A stretch of DNA of 64,000 nucleotides from Octopus sinensis (lineage: Eukaryota). Position 1 is the first letter of the stretch. The number at the start of each line of letters is the position of its first letter. The notes below the pieces were generated by a model. It had not been told where the DNA came from, did not search any database, and was given only the letters and a program-made list of their open reading frames with translations. The stretch lies in NCBI RefSeq assembly GCF_006345805.1, contig NC_043024.1, forward strand, positions 806,001 through 870,000. Reading direction: 5' to 3'. Shown piece by piece: positions 61,151 to 64,000 of the stretch. The position numbers were made by a program, and so were the translations under genes.

Positions 61151-64000
61151 CTGGAAGAGAACAGAAGGAAAATAAAATGGTTATAGCTGAAAACAAGAAC
61201 AAAAAGTGGTGTGTGTGTGTGTGTGTGTGTTATGATATGTGGTTTGTGCCTGATGAATGTGTTTGAGGTGTTTCTCAACATATGAAACTATTAGTAGCAC
61301 ATAAAACCATGTATTGTGTCTATTAAATAATATTCAGCTCTCACCAGATACAATACTTTGTTTTGTTGATCTTCCCATCACAGAACAGTACATTATATAT
61401 ATTTATATTCTTCACTATGAGTAACTTCTATGCTGGGGTAAGAAAAGCATGTTCTTTATCTATCTCCTTAACTTCTTGGAGATTAATGTGTCTATCTGTT
61501 CAAATTTAATTAAATTCTATGTCTTTGTGCAGCTGAGGATTGCTCTGCATTTTAAATTGATGTAATGATTGCATTGTTCAATTAAATGGAGTTGCATGAA
61601 ACGATCGTACTGCATTACCTCTCAATATCCTTGTTGCTTATTTTGATATATATCATCATCCAAACGACAGGAATAGTTTGATGAAATTTTATTAAACAAG
61701 AAAATTCTAATACATTACGGAGCTTTTTTTATAATTACTATTGGAATACTTGAATCCATATATTGTAGCTTAAGTATTTTATATATTATTTTATTTTATC
61801 TAGTTTCAGCTCACGAGCTGTGGCCATGCTGGGGCACCGCCATTCGCTGTTGCTACATGATTTTACCTCATGAATGCTTTTTAGCAATTGCCATTTGGTG
61901 CATGAGAGAGTTCGATGCAGTTGCCCTCATCTGCACCTCCTGCCGTGAAGTTGGTTCATCCGGGACACCTGACAGGAAGAGATCCAGTCCTACTTTAAAG
62001 ACATCCGCATCCACCCCATGCAGGTCCCTCAGGTTCTTCGGCGGGATATTGAAGAGCTGTGGGCCTCGGAAGCCCAGGCTATCACAATATCTTGTCCTAC
62101 ATCTTGATGGCAAATTTGATGGCAATATATATATATCGCCAGTAAACCATAAATCCAAAAGAGAAGTAAACTCTAAGTTCTGGAGCAGTAAGAGTAATTA
62201 GATAAAGATGGTTGTGGCTGGTCTATGGGGGTCACCCTGGGTTTCACCTGCATAAAGCACTTAACTTTACAGCGTTTCTTCATACTCTCTGAAACTGGAG
62301 GAGGAAAAGACTTCATTACTCTTTTAACAACAAAGGATTGTCTCCCTTTGACAGCTATTCGTAATTGACCCTGTTAGCGTGTCCCAGGATGCCACCAGGA
62401 ATTTTCTAGAGTGCAAGCAGGGTCCAAAGACTTCTGTCCTGGGGTTAAGGATGTACCCCGGGTTGAGGGGGTCCTTTAATATCCTCGTCTGTTCAGCATT
62501 TGGTTATGCATAGTTGCAGTTAACCCAGCAATATCCAGTCCAAATACTTAGCTGTTTTATGCTCAAACTGGCCAGATCTGGCCTTTCACACCTACCCTAC
62601 AATGTCATTCTAAAAATAAACAATCACATCTTCAAAATCTCAAAGCTGCAAGACCATGCAGGATTAATTTTATAAAATATGAATAATTAAGCCTTACATT
62701 TGACAGAGGAATCGGAATGCCAAAGGATTAAAGGATTAATAGAAGGGGAAGGTGTGTTTGATAAATGAAAAATAACTTTGGACGGGATCATTTCTCACTC
62801 TCTGTCCGTCTGTCTGTCTCCATACACATTCTCACTGCCTTAATACTTTGATGTATAATTTGGTTGTAATTGTTATTGTTGTCTATAGTTGGAGTGAATG
62901 AGAAGAATGTCCTACCTTGGCCGTTTCCGGCACCATGACCCCTCCAAGATAGCATAGTCCACATGTAAATCAACCAGGTTCTTTTTCACATCCTTCACCG
63001 GTTTCCGACTGTACATTGAATAAACTTTCATTGTCCGTTCCCTGCAAAAAAAACAGTGCACAACATGCAATGATGAGATAATGGAAGATATAAGACCAAT
63101 CAAAGACATTTGAATATAAAACCATGGAATAAAATTAGAATTTTTATTTTTGGTCAGAAAGTGCTATTTCCTATTTGCTTCCATTTAGAAATCAAAGGAA
63201 ATGACTTCAACCCTTACTATTCTCTTCGAAGTTTGCTTTTGTCACCTGGACATCATCACCATCATCATCATCATTTAACATCCATTGTCCATACTGTCAT
63301 GGGTTGGATGGTTTGACCAGGGCTGCTTAGCTGAGGGGCTGGACCAGACTTCAGTCTGATTTTAGCTTGGTTTCTATGGCTTGATATGCTTCCTAATGCC
63401 AACCACTCCAGGACAGTCGTGGGTGCCTTTTATGTGTCACTGACATGGGTGCCTCTTATATGCCACCAGCTTGGGTGCTCTTCAGGAGGGAACTTGTGGC
63501 AAGGGTAGACCCAAGAAGATGTGGGATGAAGTGGTGAGAAACGATCTTCAAATGCTGGGCTTTATTGACAAAATAACAAGGGACCAGGAGTTGTGGTGAT
63601 TTTGCTGTACTTGAGAAGATAGGTCAAGCTAAGTAAGATTTCTGTCCTTCGCAGGAGATGCTTCCACATAAAATGCACTCATGTCGGTGCTGCATAAACA
63701 CCCCCCCTCCTGCTGGAGGCACGTAAAAAGCACCCGGCACATTCTGTAAAGGAAGGGCATCCAACCATAGAAGCCAGACCACAACACACAATCAGAGTCT
63801 GAACAGCTCTTGTCAAAGCATCCGATCCATGCCAGCATGGAAACATGGATGTTAAGTAAAGATGATGATGGATCGGATAGTGTTAAACATAACTACTGGA
63901 ACACACGTGTAGATACTCGTAATGGAACAGACTGTCCACTTACCTTAGACCAACATCTTCATAATGTGGATGATTCACTATGGGTCTTTTTGTGCAAAGC
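61000..64000 (-). CDS. DPY19L1: DPY19L1-like C-mannosyltransferase, last three coding exons (gene continues beyond the window)
   Basis: Exons 63944-64000, 62916-63041 and 61000-61150 join in frame: [58 protein letters not shown], typical of the DPY19 C-terminus. Confidence 0.93.
61790..62140 (-). mobile_element. 5'-truncated LINE 3' end (CR1/L2-group-like) in a DPY19L1 intron
   Basis: SLGFRGPQLFNIPPKNLRDL..VFKVGLDLFLSGVPDEP..SNSL; 3' tail shared with local SINEs. Confidence 0.8.
62916..63041 (-). CDS. DPY19L1: DPY19L1-like penultimate exon
   Basis: [41 protein letters not shown]; cag/gtagga. Confidence 0.93.
63944..64000 (-). CDS. DPY19L1: DPY19L1-like exon (cut by the window end)
   Basis: [18 protein letters not shown]; donor gtaagt. 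Confidence 0.92.

Noticed and set aside
62916-63041. Selenoprotein-like frame with in-frame TGA near CxxC
   Set aside because: Another frame is open and matches DPY19 with correct splice phases.

Overview
Repeat-rich animal genomic DNA. The SINE, MITE and Helitron families and the very long (TA)n tracts suggest an octopod cephalopod (inference). The main gene is a complete minus-strand dyskerin gene (DKC1/Cbf5, H/ACA pseudouridine synthase): 15 coding exons at 56961->35973, 1578 nt, 525 aa, all GT-AG introns with consistent phases. The last three coding exons of a DPY19L1-like C-mannosyltransferase lie upstream on the same strand (61000-64000). Bases 1-35000 hold no recognisable conserved gene: LINE fragments, SINEs, Helitrons, piggyBac-type MITEs, a 26-bp minisatellite, a ~10-kb (TA)n field with inserted elements carrying hammerhead ribozyme motifs, and a candidate 52-aa microprotein exon at 28.3 kb. 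Main leads: (1) structured RNA elements at three DKC1 splice decisions (a 3'UTR donor 58 nt past the stop, an intron-11 ACA hairpin over the branch point, and a structure behind the weak intron-7 donor), suggesting dyskerin autoregulation; (2) wild-type Gly at the position of the human disease allele S121G; (3) Penelope-type hammerhead ribozymes; (4) a tandemly duplicated Lys-rich exon. All folds were found by eye and are not computed.
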